The notes below the pieces were generated by a model, which was not told the DNA's origin, did no database searches, and saw nothing but the letters and a program-made list of their open reading frames with translations. Made by a program: the position numbers and the translations under genes. A stretch of 64,000 nucleotides of DNA from a virus (lineage: Duplodnaviria > Caudoviricetes), in IMG/VR virus record IMGVR_UViG_3300028048_000121, positions 1 to 64,000 of that record; one strand, 5' to 3'. Of the stretch, positions 32,498-44,400 are shown in pieces; position 1 is the first letter of the stretch; the number at the start of each line of letters is the position of its first letter.

Positions 32498-33100
32498 ATG
32501 AAAAAAGATTTGGCTTTAAGACCAGTTGATTTTACTTCATCATTTTTATCTTGTGAAAAAGATTTAGAAGAAATTTTACGAAGACTTTTTATAGAAAGTC
32601 AACCATATAGTGATGAGTTAAAAAAATTATTGGTAATTAATACAAAAGATTGTTTAGATAATAAAACAAGTGAAGTATATAAAAATGCAATAAAAGATAT
32701 GAGTTTAGCAAAATTACGAGATGATGGTTATATTAAATTTGAACCTAAAGTAAAAATGCCTGAACATGAAGAAATTAAAAGTTATTTAATTTTTTCTTTT
32801 GACAATTTTACTACTAATCAAAATAATCCAGAATTTCGTGATTGCAATGTTTATATTGATATATTATGTCATACAGATTGTTGGGATCTTGGTAATTTTA
32901 GAATTAGACCTTTAAAGATAGCTGGCTATATTGACGGTATTTTAAATAAGGCTAGACTATCTGGAATAGGAACTTTCCAATTCACGGGGTGTAATGAATT
33001 AGTCCTTGATGAAACTTTATCTGGTTATACTTTATCATATTCTGCAATTCATGGAACAGATGATGTTTTGCCAAGTTCTCATGACTGGATAGAAAGATGA
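32498..33100 (+). CDS. putative tail terminator/neck protein
   Basis: N.EFRDC...DI.CH.D.W....RP..IAG.IDG; position in module. Confidence 0.6.
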   Translation: MKKDLALRPVDFTSSFLSCEKDLEEILRRLFIESQPYSDELKKLLVINTKDCLDNKTSEVYKNAIKDMSLAKLRDDGYIKFEPKVKMPEHEEIKSYLIFSFDNFTTNQNNPEFRDCNVYIDILCHTDCWDLGNFRIRPLKIAGYIDGILNKARLSGIGTFQFTGCNELVLDETLSGYTLSYSAIHGTDDVLPSSHDWIER

Positions 33101-33837
33101 AAAATATTGATGATTTGCTTTTATTATCTGGTAACGATCTTCCTTTTTTAGAAGCAAGATTAACAATTCATCAACCGCGTATAAAAGAAATAGCTTATAT
33201 TACTGAAGGGCATTTTTGGTCTGCATGTGAATTATTAAAATTTGATAAAGAAATTTTACCAGATTAGGACAAAGTTGATTTATTAAATAAGTCAAATTTT
33301 AATATAATAATGATGATGATACAAGAAAAAAGTTTGGAATCTCAACAAGCTCAATTAAATCTTGTATCTCTTCTTGCATTATTATTTCCAACAGATAAAA
33401 TTTTGTTGAATAATAAGACAATTCAATTACAAAATTATTAGACTAATGAAATTAAAGAAATTAATGAAGAAAATTTTGAAAGTTTTAAGGAAATTGTAAT
33501 TAATATGTTTTGTCTTACTAGCAAGGAAAATAAATAGTATAATCCAGATGGTGCTTTAGCTAAGAAGATTGCAAATCAGCTTAAAAAAGGAAGATAGAAA
33601 AAGGCGAAGCTGGCGCCGCAAACTAAAATTTCTATTTTAAGTAGGTATGTATCTATTCTTGCTGTTGGAGAACAAAAAGATATAAATATTTTAATGAATT
33701 ATACTGTTTATCAATTAATGGATGAATTTAACCGATATATGTTAAAAATGCATTATGACGCTTGGGAAAAATATAGAATTGCGGGAGCGACTGGTATGGA
33801 AGATCCTGAAGATTGGTTAAAAGATATCCATGAGTAA
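33097..33837 (+). CDS. hypothetical tail-region protein; 4 TAGs; absent from ORF track
   Basis: ATGA overlap with the upstream stop; SG.D.PF...IHQP.IKEI..YTVYQL.DEF.R..AGA. Confidence 0.7.
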
Positions 33838-33891
33838 AAAATTAAATTGAAACAATAAATATTTTGTACAAAATATAAGGAGGAAATCCAA

Positions 33892-34902
33892 ATGAAATTT
33901 GGTGTACGTGAAATTGCTAATGTAGTGTTCAGAGCCAAAAATGAACAAAGAATTGGTAACCAGACTTTCGCAAAAGGTCAGCCAGTTTTTTATCTGGATA
34001 CCGCAAAAACATCTTCTATGGAAGGTGCTGCAACCACTGTTTATGCTACTGGTGGTCGTGGTAATACTCGTTTAATTGCTTGGGAAGGTGAGAAAACTTT
34101 AACTTTCACAGTTGAAGATGCTCTTCTTTCTCCTATTAGTTTTGCTATGTTATCTGGTGCTGGAGTTATTAAGGGTGCGGCTGATTCCACTAAAGAAGTT
34201 CACTTCCATCAGACAACTAATGCTGTTATTGGTGCTGCTACTGGCGGTGGACTTGAAATTGATTTAAATGACGCTTTGGAGTCTACTGAAAAGATTTGCC
34301 CAACTGCTCCAATTTATATTATGAAACTTGATTCTTATGGTGATTTAACTGGTGAAGTTCTTTCTGGATGGAGTGTTGATAGCACTGGTAAGAAATTAAC
34401 TCATGGTAATGTTGCTGGTCTTACTGGCGCAGTCATGGTTGACTATTATGTACTCAAGAAAGAAGGAACTGTTTCCGAACTTCAGATCGATGCAGAACAC
34501 TTTGGTGGATACTACTATGTAGAAGCAGATACTCTGTTCAGACGTCAGTCTGATGGTAAAGATTTACCTGCTAACCTTACATTCCCGAATGTTAAGATTC
34601 AGTCTAACTTTACTTTCTCTATGGCTTCTACTGGTGATCCAAGTACCTTTACATTTACTATGGACGTGTTCCCTGGATATACATACTTCAATAAGACTAA
34701 TAAAGTTCTTTGTGCTATCCAGGTTGTTGATGATGCAACAGAAGCTAAGTATGAAGCTAAACCTTTGTTCCCACATCCAACTGGCTTCATGATTGAGGAA
34801 TCTATTCCGAGAGTTGAAACCGATGGTACTGTGACCAGATATGGTGATTCTGTCGACGGTGCAGATGATGAATACGAGGGCGATACCCCAACGCAGGGTT
34901 GA
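33892..34902 (+). CDS. major tail (tube) protein
   Basis: KFGVREI..V.F..YATGG.GN.RLI.WEGEK..P.VKIQSNFTF.MA..GDPSTF.F; strong SD; no TAG. Confidence 0.75.
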   Translation: MKFGVREIANVVFRAKNEQRIGNQTFAKGQPVFYLDTAKTSSMEGAATTVYATGGRGNTRLIAWEGEKTLTFTVEDALLSPISFAMLSGAGVIKGAADSTKEVHFHQTTNAVIGAATGGGLEIDLNDALESTEKICPTAPIYIMKLDSYGDLTGEVLSGWSVDSTGKKLTHGNVAGLTGAVMVDYYVLKKEGTVSELQIDAEHFGGYYYVEADTLFRRQSDGKDLPANLTFPNVKIQSNFTFSMASTGDPSTFTFTMDVFPGYTYFNKTNKVLCAIQVVDDATEAKYEAKPLFPHPTGFMIEESIPRVETDGTVTRYGDSVDGADDEYEGDTPTQG

Positions 34903-34922
34903 TGATTAATTAAAATAAAATA

Positions 34923-34956
34923 GGGAGGGTTATTATATAATCCTCCCATTTTTTTA
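34923..34956 (+). terminator. intrinsic terminator after the tail tube gene
   Basis: GGGAGG..CCTCCC plus T-run. Confidence 0.7.
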
Positions 34957-34979
34957 TTAGATTGGTGGTATATAGAAAC

Positions 34980-36212
34980 ATGGAAGCAACTATTTATCAT
35001 GATCATGAAGAAAATAGAAAAGTTATTTTTTCAGGTATTCAATCAAAAATAAAAAATGGATTATAGTAGGATGGATTAAATTATTATACTAATATGACAA
35101 AAGATTAGATAGAAAAAAGATTAATTGATTATAAAACTGGTTTTTTAGATTATAAAAATAAATTATCAAATACAGACAGTATTTAGGAATATTTTAATGC
35201 ATATTAGTATATTTTATAGTTTAGAAAATTTATTTTAGGAAATTTAGGAGAAATTAATTACACTTTTGTTATTAGAACAAATACAAAAGATTTTGTTAAT
35301 ATTCAAACTCTTACATTGGGGTCAGCATCTTTTATAGATTTAATAAAAAATTAGTCTGGAGTTATTACTGGTTTAAAGAGAGATGGAGATAATATTAGAA
35401 TTTCTGGAATTATTCCTAAATTAAGAGAATTAATTGTATCTATACAAGGACAAGGAATGCAAATAAAAATTTCTCAAAATTGTAGCTCTTTCGTTTTAAC
35501 TAATGATAGACTAGGTACTCGACAAGAGTTTTCAAATGGAAAATTATTTAAATCATATATTTAGACTTTACAAAGACATCAAAATGCTGGAAAATGGTAT
35601 GATTTTGAATTAAAAATTAATAAAGATAATTCTACTGAGAGTGAGACTAAAGTTTTTAGTATTGAAATACTAAATGTGCATAATAGTCCTAAATCTTCTA
35701 GTATTTTTTCTGCAATAGGAAAATATTTTACTGATGAGACAATTGCTAAAAAAAATATTGCTAATTTAGCTAATATAAGTATAGATTCTAATATGCCAAA
35801 TGCAGGTAATTTAACTGAATTATATATTCTTGCTAAGGCAAGATTAAATAATGGACAAAATAATTTTTATCATCCTCGTAGACAACCTGTAAAAGGATAG
35901 GATCTTTTTGCATTATACAAATAGGTAAAAAGTAATACTAATCCTTTTTATTCTGGTGGTGACTTTTTAATGAATCAAATAAAAAGTTTTCTTGGTTCCA
36001 ATCCATCTTTAACTAGTTATAAAACAATAAGAAAATCAATTGAGAATTTTTATAATGCATTAAATTCTACAAATACATAGACAATAAAAGAATCTCTATC
36101 AAAATTATTATTACAAAAATCATCTACTTAGAATACTATTACTGAGATTTAGAAAGATTTAAGTAATGACATAGCAAATGCTTTTGAGCAATTTTTTAGT
36201 AAATTACAATAA
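34980..36212 (+). CDS. ~410-aa hypothetical protein with ~13 in-frame TAGs
   Basis: Fills a 1.2-kb gap only if TAG is sense; includes tandem TAG TAG. Confidence 0.6.
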
Positions 36213-36244
36213 TTTTTTATTTAGAGTTAAAAGGAGAATTAAAT

Positions 36245-36799
36245 ATGAAAGTATCTTATGCAAATATGAAGTTAAAAGTTAATACTTCTGTGAAAACTTT
36301 TGATTTTGGCGGGCAGAAGGTAGAAGTCCTTCAGTATCTTCCCGCACAGGATAAGTATGATTTGTTAATGGTAACATTACAAAAGTCAATGGAGAATGGT
36401 GCTTATAATGAATTTAAATTAAATTTATATTTTGAATTAAACTTAGTGTATATGTATACAAATATTTCATTCACTGAAAAGCAAAGAGAAGATGAATTTA
36501 AGTTATATGATACATTAAAAAGTAATGGATTTTATGAACCATTTTTCCAAGCAATAAATGAAGATGAATATAATGAACTTTTTGCACAACTTAATGCTAT
36601 TAAGGAAGCAAGTTCTGCACATAGAATGAGTGCGGGGGCGTTGATTAGTTAGTTAATTGATGACCTACCTGCAAATGCGGAAGCTGCTGCTAAGATTGTT
36701 GAAAACTTTGATCCAAAGCAATTCAAAGCAGTTGTTGATTTTGCCACATATGCAAATGGTGGTAGAAATATTAAAACAAATTTACCAATGAGTGAATAA
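36245..36799 (+). CDS. hypothetical protein (possible tail assembly chaperone); 1 TAG
   Basis: Read-through extends the ORF to a TAA adjacent to the terminator. Confidence 0.65.
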
Positions 36800-36801
36800 A
36801 A

Positions 36802-36833
36802 AAGAGGGCAGATGATTTAATCATCTGCCCTTT
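36802..36833. terminator. bidirectional terminator between convergent modules
   Basis: AGGGCAGATGA-TTTAA-TCATCTGCCCT flanked by A and T runs. Confidence 0.85.
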
Positions 36834-36842
36834 ATTTTTTTA

Positions 36843-37283
36843 TTAAAATTTCCCAGAGTCCCCAAAACCCGAACTACCGCGTTCTGTGTTAGAAAGTTCA
36901 TTTACTTCATTGAATTTCATTTCAATATATGGAAGAAGAATCATTTGAGCAATTCTTTCTCCAGGCTCAATGCTTTGCATTTCATCAGTATCGTTGTGAA
37001 GTGCGACAATATATTCTCCTCGATAATCTGAATCACAGATACCAGTACAATTTGCGGGGCGAAGACCGCGTTTAGTAGCAATACCTGACCGCGCATATAT
37101 TGCTGCAAAAGTTCCTTCTGGTAATTCAAAAGAAAGACCTGTTCCAACTTTTATAGTAGAATGAGGCGCAATATCAAGAATCTAGTTGGTTGCCGCATAT
37201 AAATCATAACCCGCCGCGTCTGAAGAACCCCTTGTTGGAAGTTTTGCAAATTCATTTAATTTTTTAACTTTGATATTTGCCAT
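36843..37283 (-). CDS. dut: trimeric dUTPase; 1 TAG; absent from ORF track
   Basis: AAGYDL, RSG, GICDSDYRGE, ERIAQ and RG..GFG.SG motifs all in one frame with TAG at 37182-37184. Confidence 0.9.
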
Positions 37284-37285
37284 TA

Positions 37286-37531
37286 TTAGTCTACCTCATA
37301 ATTAATAGTTACCGTAGAATCGGGTTCTTTAATATTATTAAAAATTTTTGTTAAAGAAAGTTTCCAATATTCATCAATAACTTCGCCTTTTGATTTTTGC
37401 TCTTTGTGTTCACTAGTATATTTTCCAAGAACATAAGATTTATCTGCTTTGGCTTCTTCAATGGCTCTTGTTGCTTCTGCTTCTGTATCAACTCTATAGG
37501 TTTCTACTGTACTAACTAAATATTTTGACAT
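37286..37531 (-). CDS. hypothetical protein
   Basis: 81-aa ORF with SD. Confidence 0.7.
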   Translation of the reverse strand: MSKYLVSTVETYRVDTEAEATRAIEEAKADKSYVLGKYTSEHKEQKSKGEVIDEYWKLSLTKIFNNIKEPDSTVTINYEVD

Positions 37532-37550
37532 CCTTTTATCTCCTTTATTT

Positions 37551-37811
37551 TTAAATACATTTAATAATTAATTTATTTTCATTGTATTTAGTAATTTCTT
37601 TTTCTTGAATTTGTTTAATCAATCCTTTTGTAAAATGCTGCGCTCCAGATAAATCAACTTGATAAACATCATAAGTTTGAGACAATTCAAAAATAGTATC
37701 TGGTATATCTTTTACTTTTGTTTGGACTACTTCAAGTTTATTTCCATCCTAATAGACATAGAAAGTTTGATATATATCAAAAGGATGAATAATTCCAATA
37801 ATTTTCTTCAT
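37551..37811 (-). CDS. hypothetical protein; 1 TAG
   Basis: MKKIIGIIHPF..YVY*DGNK..; AGGAG SD; ends in TAA. Confidence 0.65.
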
Positions 37812-37828
37812 AAAAAATTAACTCCTTT

Positions 37829-38218
37829 TTAACATTGGATTACCCAATCATCACAATTAAATAAATAATAAGCAAAAGCTTCTCCATCAATATTTAGCCA
37901 AATTTCCCAAGCATTATTAATAATGTTGGAGTCTTTTTCAATAGAAAGAATATTTCCTCTATTTTTAAGTAAATCAATAAGTTCTGTTACTGCAATTTCA
38001 CAAGGATTAGAATTTTGTTTTTCATACAAATGAAATATTGTAAAATCATGTCTTTCACGACAGAGCAGCATAGCATAACCATCTATTTGCCAATTAAACC
38101 ATTCTTCAAGTTCTGGTTTAATTGAATTAATTTTTGATTTACTAAGTTTATTTTCTTTTGACATTATTTGCTTATTAAAATCATAAAGGGTTCCAAGTGA
38201 AACATTATTACTATTCAT
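37829..38218 (-). CDS. hypothetical protein
   Basis: LYDFNKQ..MLLCRE.HDFT.F..RG..AWEIW..YYLF.CD. Confidence 0.7.
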   Translation of the reverse strand: MNSNNVSLGTLYDFNKQIMSKENKLSKSKINSIKPELEEWFNWQIDGYAMLLCRERHDFTIFHLYEKQNSNPCEIAVTELIDLLKNRGNILSIEKDSNIINNAWEIWLNIDGEAFAYYLFNCDDWVIQC

Positions 38219-38346
38219 TATTAAGTTCCTTTTCTTTAGCTTCTTTAACTGTTTTATATTGTGGATTATAATCTTGTCTATTGCAAATTTCATAATCACA
38301 CATAATACAACCATTTTCTATAGTGCAATATTTCATATTTTATACC

Positions 38347-38826
38347 TTAACTAATTTTTTCTGCATATTGATTATCTGATGATAATTTTACACCTAATAT
38401 TGAATCGAGATGAGGTTCTTGATTCGGAATGTATCTTCCATATTTAATAATAATATTTTCATATTGTTCAATATATTTTATAAACCAATTAATTTCTTCT
38501 TTTGTGTATCCTGTATAAATTACTATATCATCTAAACATTTATATTTTACACGAAGCCAAAGTATTAAATTCATAACATCAGAAAAAGAATCAAAAGGCT
38601 CTAATCCTTGCATTACAATTGCTTTTGTAATAGGATTATTAATATATCTAGTTAATAATTTATCATAATCTATTTCAATATTAGGTTCATTAACTAAATC
38701 ACTATTTTGACATACTTGTTGCCCGCATTCCTTATCACACTTAAAAGTGCAATAAGGAAATTCAATTACCATTGCGGGCTTTTTATAATTTACAAAATCT
38801 TCATCAATTAATCCTTTAACTATCAT
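38347..38826 (-). CDS. nrdG: anaerobic RNR activase (radical SAM)
   Basis: CTFKC..C, GLEP, IYTGY, S.NQ; adjacent to nrdD. Confidence 0.85.
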   Translation of the reverse strand: MIVKGLIDEDFVNYKKPAMVIEFPYCTFKCDKECGQQVCQNSDLVNEPNIEIDYDKLLTRYINNPITKAIVMQGLEPFDSFSDVMNLILWLRVKYKCLDDIVIYTGYTKEEINWFIKYIEQYENIIIKYGRYIPNQEPHLDSILGVKLSSDNQYAEKIS

Positions 38827-40744
38827 TTACTTTTTCCCATCTTCTCATATTATACTCTAATTTTCTTTGAGTAGACCATGATTTTATTGGAGTATAAAAA
38901 CCAACAATTCTTGTATATTCAGTTTCTATTGCTTTCCCGCAAACTGGACAGGTAGTTCCATAGAAAGCATGATTATCTTCACAACTTTGGATTTTTGTAT
39001 TAAACGCAAAATATGTGACACCTTGGTCTGCGATATATTTTACCATATTCCAAGCTTTATCAAAACTATCGAATGGAGCATCTATATTTGCATGTAAAAT
39101 AGAACCTCCATTACAATAATGGTCAAATAAAGCTTGAATCTTAATTCTTTCTTGTAAAGTTGTTTTTATACCAAGAGGAATAAATTGATTTCCATAAAGT
39201 GGCAAATCATATATATTAGCATTTGGATAAAAGAATTTATCTTTTTTCATTAGTTTATCTGCGGCTGTTTCTCCTGGAATTTGTTCAGTATTTATTTTAT
39301 AATCAGCACCAATTTTTTCAATAAATGCATCTGCTGTTGAATGAATTACATCAAAAATTTTTTCACCAAATTTAGAAGCTTCTTCTGTATAAAAAACATT
39401 ACCAAATTCATCTTGTTTTGTATATCCAAAAGCTTTCATAGTTTCATAAATACCTAAAAAACCAATTGTATTATATAAATGCTCAAAATCAATTAATTTA
39501 TAACTATAATTAGGAAGAAGTCCTTTTTCAACATTTCTTTTAATAATATGTCTAACACAATCAAGAGCTTGTAAGCAAACAATTGTTCTTCTTTCAAGTT
39601 CTTTAAGATATTCTTCTTCTGAACTAGTATCTAATGCTAATCTTGCTAAATTAATTGTATTTACTTTAACAGAACCAACTTTTAACGCAGTTCCACCAAT
39701 AGAATTAAAATAACCAAGGTCTCTAACATTACTTTTTAATCTACAACAATTAGAAAGGCTATTAACGCTATCATCAACAAATAAATTACTATCAGACCAT
39801 TTCATATTATGTTTAATTGCCCATTTTGCAAAATCTTTATCTACAAAATCATTATTTTGATATAATAAAGATATTGTACTAACAGGGAATGTCATCATAT
39901 TTTCAGAACGAATATCTGACATGGTTTTCATATATAATTTTTGAAACTCAATGATTTCATCTTCATAATCAATCATAAAAGTTCCATCAGGAAAAGTACT
40001 ACCGCCAAATAATGCTTCAAAATATGGTCTATCAAATACAGATGTATTAGTAAATGCAGATTGAGATCCATCTCTTACATAAGGCTGATTTACTGCATAA
40101 ATAAATCTTTGGAAATTTTGAACTGCATATCTTTCTGGATCGCCTTCCCAATATTTATTATCAATATCTTTTTTCCAAAAATAATACATATATGGAATTA
40201 GATTAGGTAAACCGACCGCACCAGAAGTTCTATTACTATTGTATGAGATAAATTCTTTTACAAAATCAACAAAAGTACCTAAATGTTGCGGCGGTTTTGC
40301 ATTAAAATTTTTTCCTAAGAAAAATAATCCTTTTTCCGCAACTTCTTTTAAATCATATGCAAAACAATAACTTTTAAATGTAGATGTATCAGAATCATGC
40401 ATATATAATGCACCAATCCATTCTAATTTTAACCATTCATTTGCTGCCTTAAATCCGTACTTCTTTTGCATTTCATAATGAATTTTATTAAATGCTAAAA
40501 GTTTTCTATGAGATTTTGGCATTTCATTTAATAGTGTTACAATATCTTTATGTGAAACATTTGAATTGCCATCAATACTAGCATCTGCCACTGTTGTTTC
40601 ATTAATAAAATTACTAATAAAATCATTATATGATAACTGTTCATCTGCAAAACCATTAATTTTTGCAATCTCAGTTCCATATTCAGCTTGCAATCTGTTG
40701 TATGCTGTTGTAAAATTTTTATTTAATCTAATTGTAATATTCAA
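38816..40744 (-). CDS. nrdD: anaerobic (class III) ribonucleoside-triphosphate reductase
   Basis: YCFAY, SNCCRL, EQIPGE, C..H..CP.CG, glycyl-radical motif RIVGF. Confidence 0.92.
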   Translation of the reverse strand: MNITIRLNKNFTTAYNRLQAEYGTEIAKINGFADEQLSYNDFISNFINETTVADASIDGNSNVSHKDIVTLLNEMPKSHRKLLAFNKIHYEMQKKYGFKAANEWLKLEWIGALYMHDSDTSTFKSYCFAYDLKEVAEKGLFFLGKNFNAKPPQHLGTFVDFVKEFISYNSNRTSGAVGLPNLIPYMYYFWKKDIDNKYWEGDPERYAVQNFQRFIYAVNQPYVRDGSQSAFTNTSVFDRPYFEALFGGSTFPDGTFMIDYEDEIIEFQKLYMKTMSDIRSENMMTFPVSTISLLYQNNDFVDKDFAKWAIKHNMKWSDSNLFVDDSVNSLSNCCRLKSNVRDLGYFNSIGGTALKVGSVKVNTINLARLALDTSSEEEYLKELERRTIVCLQALDCVRHIIKRNVEKGLLPNYSYKLIDFEHLYNTIGFLGIYETMKAFGYTKQDEFGNVFYTEEASKFGEKIFDVIHSTADAFIEKIGADYKINTEQIPGETAADKLMKKDKFFYPNANIYDLPLYGNQFIPLGIKTTLQERIKIQALFDHYCNGGSILHANIDAPFDSFDKAWNMVKYIADQGVTYFAFNTKIQSCEDNHAFYGTTCPVCGKAIETEYTRIVGFYTPIKSWSTQRKLEYNMRRWEKVNDS

Positions 40745-40745
40745 T

Positions 40746-40946
40746 TTATTTTTGCTCCTTTATCCAATTTACAGCTTTAGAAAAATTTAAATATTGATCA
40801 TTAACTTTTAAAATAGGAGCTTCCATAAATCCTAATTCAATAAGTTCATCTATATTATTTGATATTTCAAAATCTATATTAAGACTTTGAAGTTTTTGTT
40901 TTAGAACATTACATTTTGGGCAATTCGTTGAATATAATGTAATCAT
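40746..40946 (-). CDS. glutaredoxin/NrdH-like protein
   Basis: LYSTNCPKC..LK..L..AP.L. Confidence 0.8.
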   Translation of the reverse strand: MITLYSTNCPKCNVLKQKLQSLNIDFEISNNIDELIELGFMEAPILKVNDQYLNFSKAVNWIKEQK

Positions 40947-41019
40947 AAAAAAACCTCCTGTTTTAGTAAAAATGATCTAAAGTTGTCTATATTATTTAAA
41001 ATTATTTTAATAAGATTTA

Positions 41020-41451
41020 TTATCTTTGACCAATTTCCTCTCTAAAAGTAATTGTTGGTTTAATATCAGTTGTATTTTGAATAGGGTTTTCATTTTTTGG
41101 ATAATGGAATTCTCTTTTTCCTTTTCTCCATTCCAAATCGCACATTTCTGGACATTCTTCTTCCATTTGCAATGCTCCTAAAATATTAAATGCGGCTGCT
41201 GCTAGATGATCTTCATCATCCCACCCCGCGATGTATTTAGCTAAATGTCTTTCTGCTGAATCAAGAAAAGATGATAATGGAATACCCTTTAAATAATTAA
41301 AACGTCCATATTTTTTTGCACCTTCTTCATAGTGACGCGACAATCTAAGTAATGCCATCATAGGAAGGGAGAGCATATCTCCCTTCCCTTCATGCATATC
41401 TCTAACTGCACCAGTGTTAAATTCTGTTCTTTCACCAGAGTCTTTAATCAT
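41020..41451 (-). CDS. DUF5664 dATP/dGTP diphosphohydrolase-like protein
   Basis: TGAVRD..GKG...GA.KYG..N..KG....SA.RH......EDHLAAA.FN. Confidence 0.75.
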   Translation of the reverse strand: MIKDSGERTEFNTGAVRDMHEGKGDMLSLPMMALLRLSRHYEEGAKKYGRFNYLKGIPLSSFLDSAERHLAKYIAGWDDEDHLAAAAFNILGALQMEEECPEMCDLEWRKGKREFHYPKNENPIQNTTDIKPTITFREEIGQR

Positions 41452-41453
41452 AT

Positions 41454-44400
41454 TTACTCCTTTATATTAATTCTTTCATGTTCTAAAGTCATATTTGAAC
41501 CGTTAATATTTACAATTCTATATAATTGATGTGTTGAGGTTGTTTTATAAGTTTTAGCAACAAATGTATCTTCTCTTCTATATCCTGTTACCATAATTTT
41601 GGTTCCTCTAGAAAACCATCCTTTTTCTAATACTTTTTTACTACCATCTGTTTGTACTTCTGAAATTTGACGATTATACATGGCATAATATTCTTTAGTA
41701 AATTTTACATTAACAACACCTTCTGTTGTTAAAACCATAACCGATGCTTTTGTATTATTTTTACTAATAATTGTTCCTGCAATTTTATATAATTTAAAGA
41801 TTGGAATATCTCTACCAGCTCTTTTGAAGAAATAATCTATTTCAGGTTCATATGATAAAGTTGAAAAATTAACAATACCATATTTATGTTTATCAATATT
41901 AGCTAATTCATGTTCATGATAGTAAAAACACAAACTTTCCATTTCCCATGCGGAAATATTTCCAGTCGCATATTTATTCCATGTTTCATTAAATAACAAA
42001 TTGTTATATTGATTTAATACTTCATTTTGATTTTCTTTTAACCAATTTCTTGCTTCATCCATTTCTTTTTGATAGATTTTATCCCATTTTGTTTGGAGAA
42101 TACAAGTAATTCCATTAATAACATCAAGTTCATTTAAATCATAATATTGTGAATAAAAATTTAATGAACCTTCATCAAACACATAATATTTACCAACTTT
42201 TTTATTATCCTTAAGAAATTTATTAAAAACAAATACTTGTTTTTGTTTATTTAATTCTTCTGGTACTAATCCACTTTTTAACAATCCATTAAAGTTCTGT
42301 AAAGTTAATCGTTTCTTTGGATCGCAAATTAATGATATATAATAAGCCATAATTGAATATCTTGGATTTTCTTTACAAATTTTTGATGCCCATTTATTAT
42401 CAATCTTATCAAAGGCTCCTGACTTAATTAAAGATACCATTTGAGTTTTATTTAATGGGCATCTGCTCATAAAATCAATAATACCTTTATATGGGCGGCC
42501 GCTAATAATTTGATCAATTACTGGTCCACCAATTTTATTAACACCTTTTAGTCCAAACAAAATTTCATTATTTATTTCATCTGGTTCAAAACTAAAACCA
42601 GATTTATTAATATCAATTAGAGATACCTTAATTCCTCTTGATGTTATATCACCAATGGCTTTTGCTAATTTGGAATAATCAGTTGATTTATCTTTTGTAT
42701 TACCATCATCGTCATCGTCTTCTTCATCTTCAAGAGATGCGCTATTAACAATGAGACAAGCTGTATTCCAATAAATTGGATTCCAATGAGTTGCAATATA
42801 AATTGTTTGCACTCCGATAAATGAATACGCAAGAGCGTGAATAATTGAGAATGAATACCCCATCTGAGGTCCAACACCACATTCCCAAATATATTTACCA
42901 AGAGCAGGACTTGTTGCCTTATCCAAAATTTGTTGATGCAATTCTGGAATTTTTGCCATTTGTTTTTTACCAACAATCTTGCGTGCGGCGTTTGCTTCTT
43001 TAAGAGAGAAACCACAGATTTTATCATCCATCAACATTCGCATTAACTGTTCCTGAGATGGAGGTACTCCATAAGATTGTTTAAAATATGGTTCAACCGC
43101 AGTTTGCTCTTCTTTTGTTAAACCAGCTCGATCCATTTCTTGATACCATAATGATAAATTATTTTTATAACGAATATATTTTTCCATTGGTGTTTCTGCG
43201 CCTTTTTCTGCGGTCATAAGACGCATCAAACCATTGGCATCCGCCATCTCCAAAATATTCGTTGGTTTAATTTTTTTTGCCGCCTGAGAACCGACATCTG
43301 AATCAAACTGAAATATATTTAATACACTACCCTCTTGTAGAGCTTTCCATATTTCTTTTTTATCTAATGGCAAAACTTCTGGATGAAGATATTTATTATA
43401 TACTTCTCTTAGTGTTAAATTACTATCAATTTTATTATATTTTTGAAGAAGTCTAATAGTTTCTGCAATTTTGTCTTGTACTTCTGTTACAAGAAAATCA
43501 TACTTTGTCATACCACATGCTTCACAATTATGAAGATCCCATTGTGTAATAATTTCACCTTTTGGAGTCTTCATGAAACATCCAAATTCATATGGATCTT
43601 CATCAAACAAAATTACACCTGAAGCATGACTAGAACGTTTATTAACAATTCCCTCTATCGCCATTGCAATATCTAAAAGACCAGGATATTTGTTTATTTC
43701 ATTAATAAAAGCTGTAATGGGTTTTCTATCTTTATCTTTATTACCATAAACGACATCTTTAAGAGGCCAGAGAAATCCTCTTTCACTTGGAATCAATGAT
43801 GATAAGTATTGTGCTGTATCTACATCTATTCCATCTCGATAATCAGTTATCCATCCATCTTCATTTTCATTTGTTGGTCCAGATACAGTATATCCAGATC
43901 CTTGACCCCTATATCCTCGACAAGCTGTAAGAATCGCACTCTTTGTTCCCTCGGTTCCAAAAGTGGCAATAAGAGTACATCCAAGATTTTTCCTTGAAAG
44001 TTCATCAATTTCATTTGAAAAGTTTGCACCACGTTCCTTTTTTATTTCTTGAAGAATTAATGGTCTTTTGCTTGGACACAGATCGATATCGATGTCGCCA
44101 AGTTCTACACGGTCTCGATTGAGATATCTCCAAAATGGCAACTCCCACTGAATAGGGTCAAGCTGAGTAATACCTAAAAGATAATGATTTAATCCTGAAC
44201 ATGATGAACCTCTACCAGCACCAACTGTACTACCACATTCCCAAAATAAGTCAACATAATGTTGAAGAGTAATTGGATAACTAAACATATTAGTTTCAAG
44301 CTTTTTACTAATCGTTTTTTTAATATCTGCTTCTTCTTCAAGTCGAGAAAGATAAATATCATTATCTTTATTAAGTTGTTTTAATTTTATTAAACATTCA

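Noticed and set aside
19449-33100. TGA recoding (code 4 or 25)
   Set aside because: TGA acts as a real stop in ATGA overlaps (19449, 22237, 33098) and I saw none inside reading frames.
16928-36799. Structural module as a decayed prophage full of nonsense pseudogenes
   Set aside because: Every interruption I traced is TAG, with no frameshifts or internal TAA/TGA. Motifs are intact and read-through restores start/stop overlaps.
36941-37147. ORF-track 68-aa minus-strand ORF
   Set aside because: Wrong frame; the real gene here is the TAG-containing dUTPase 36843..37283.
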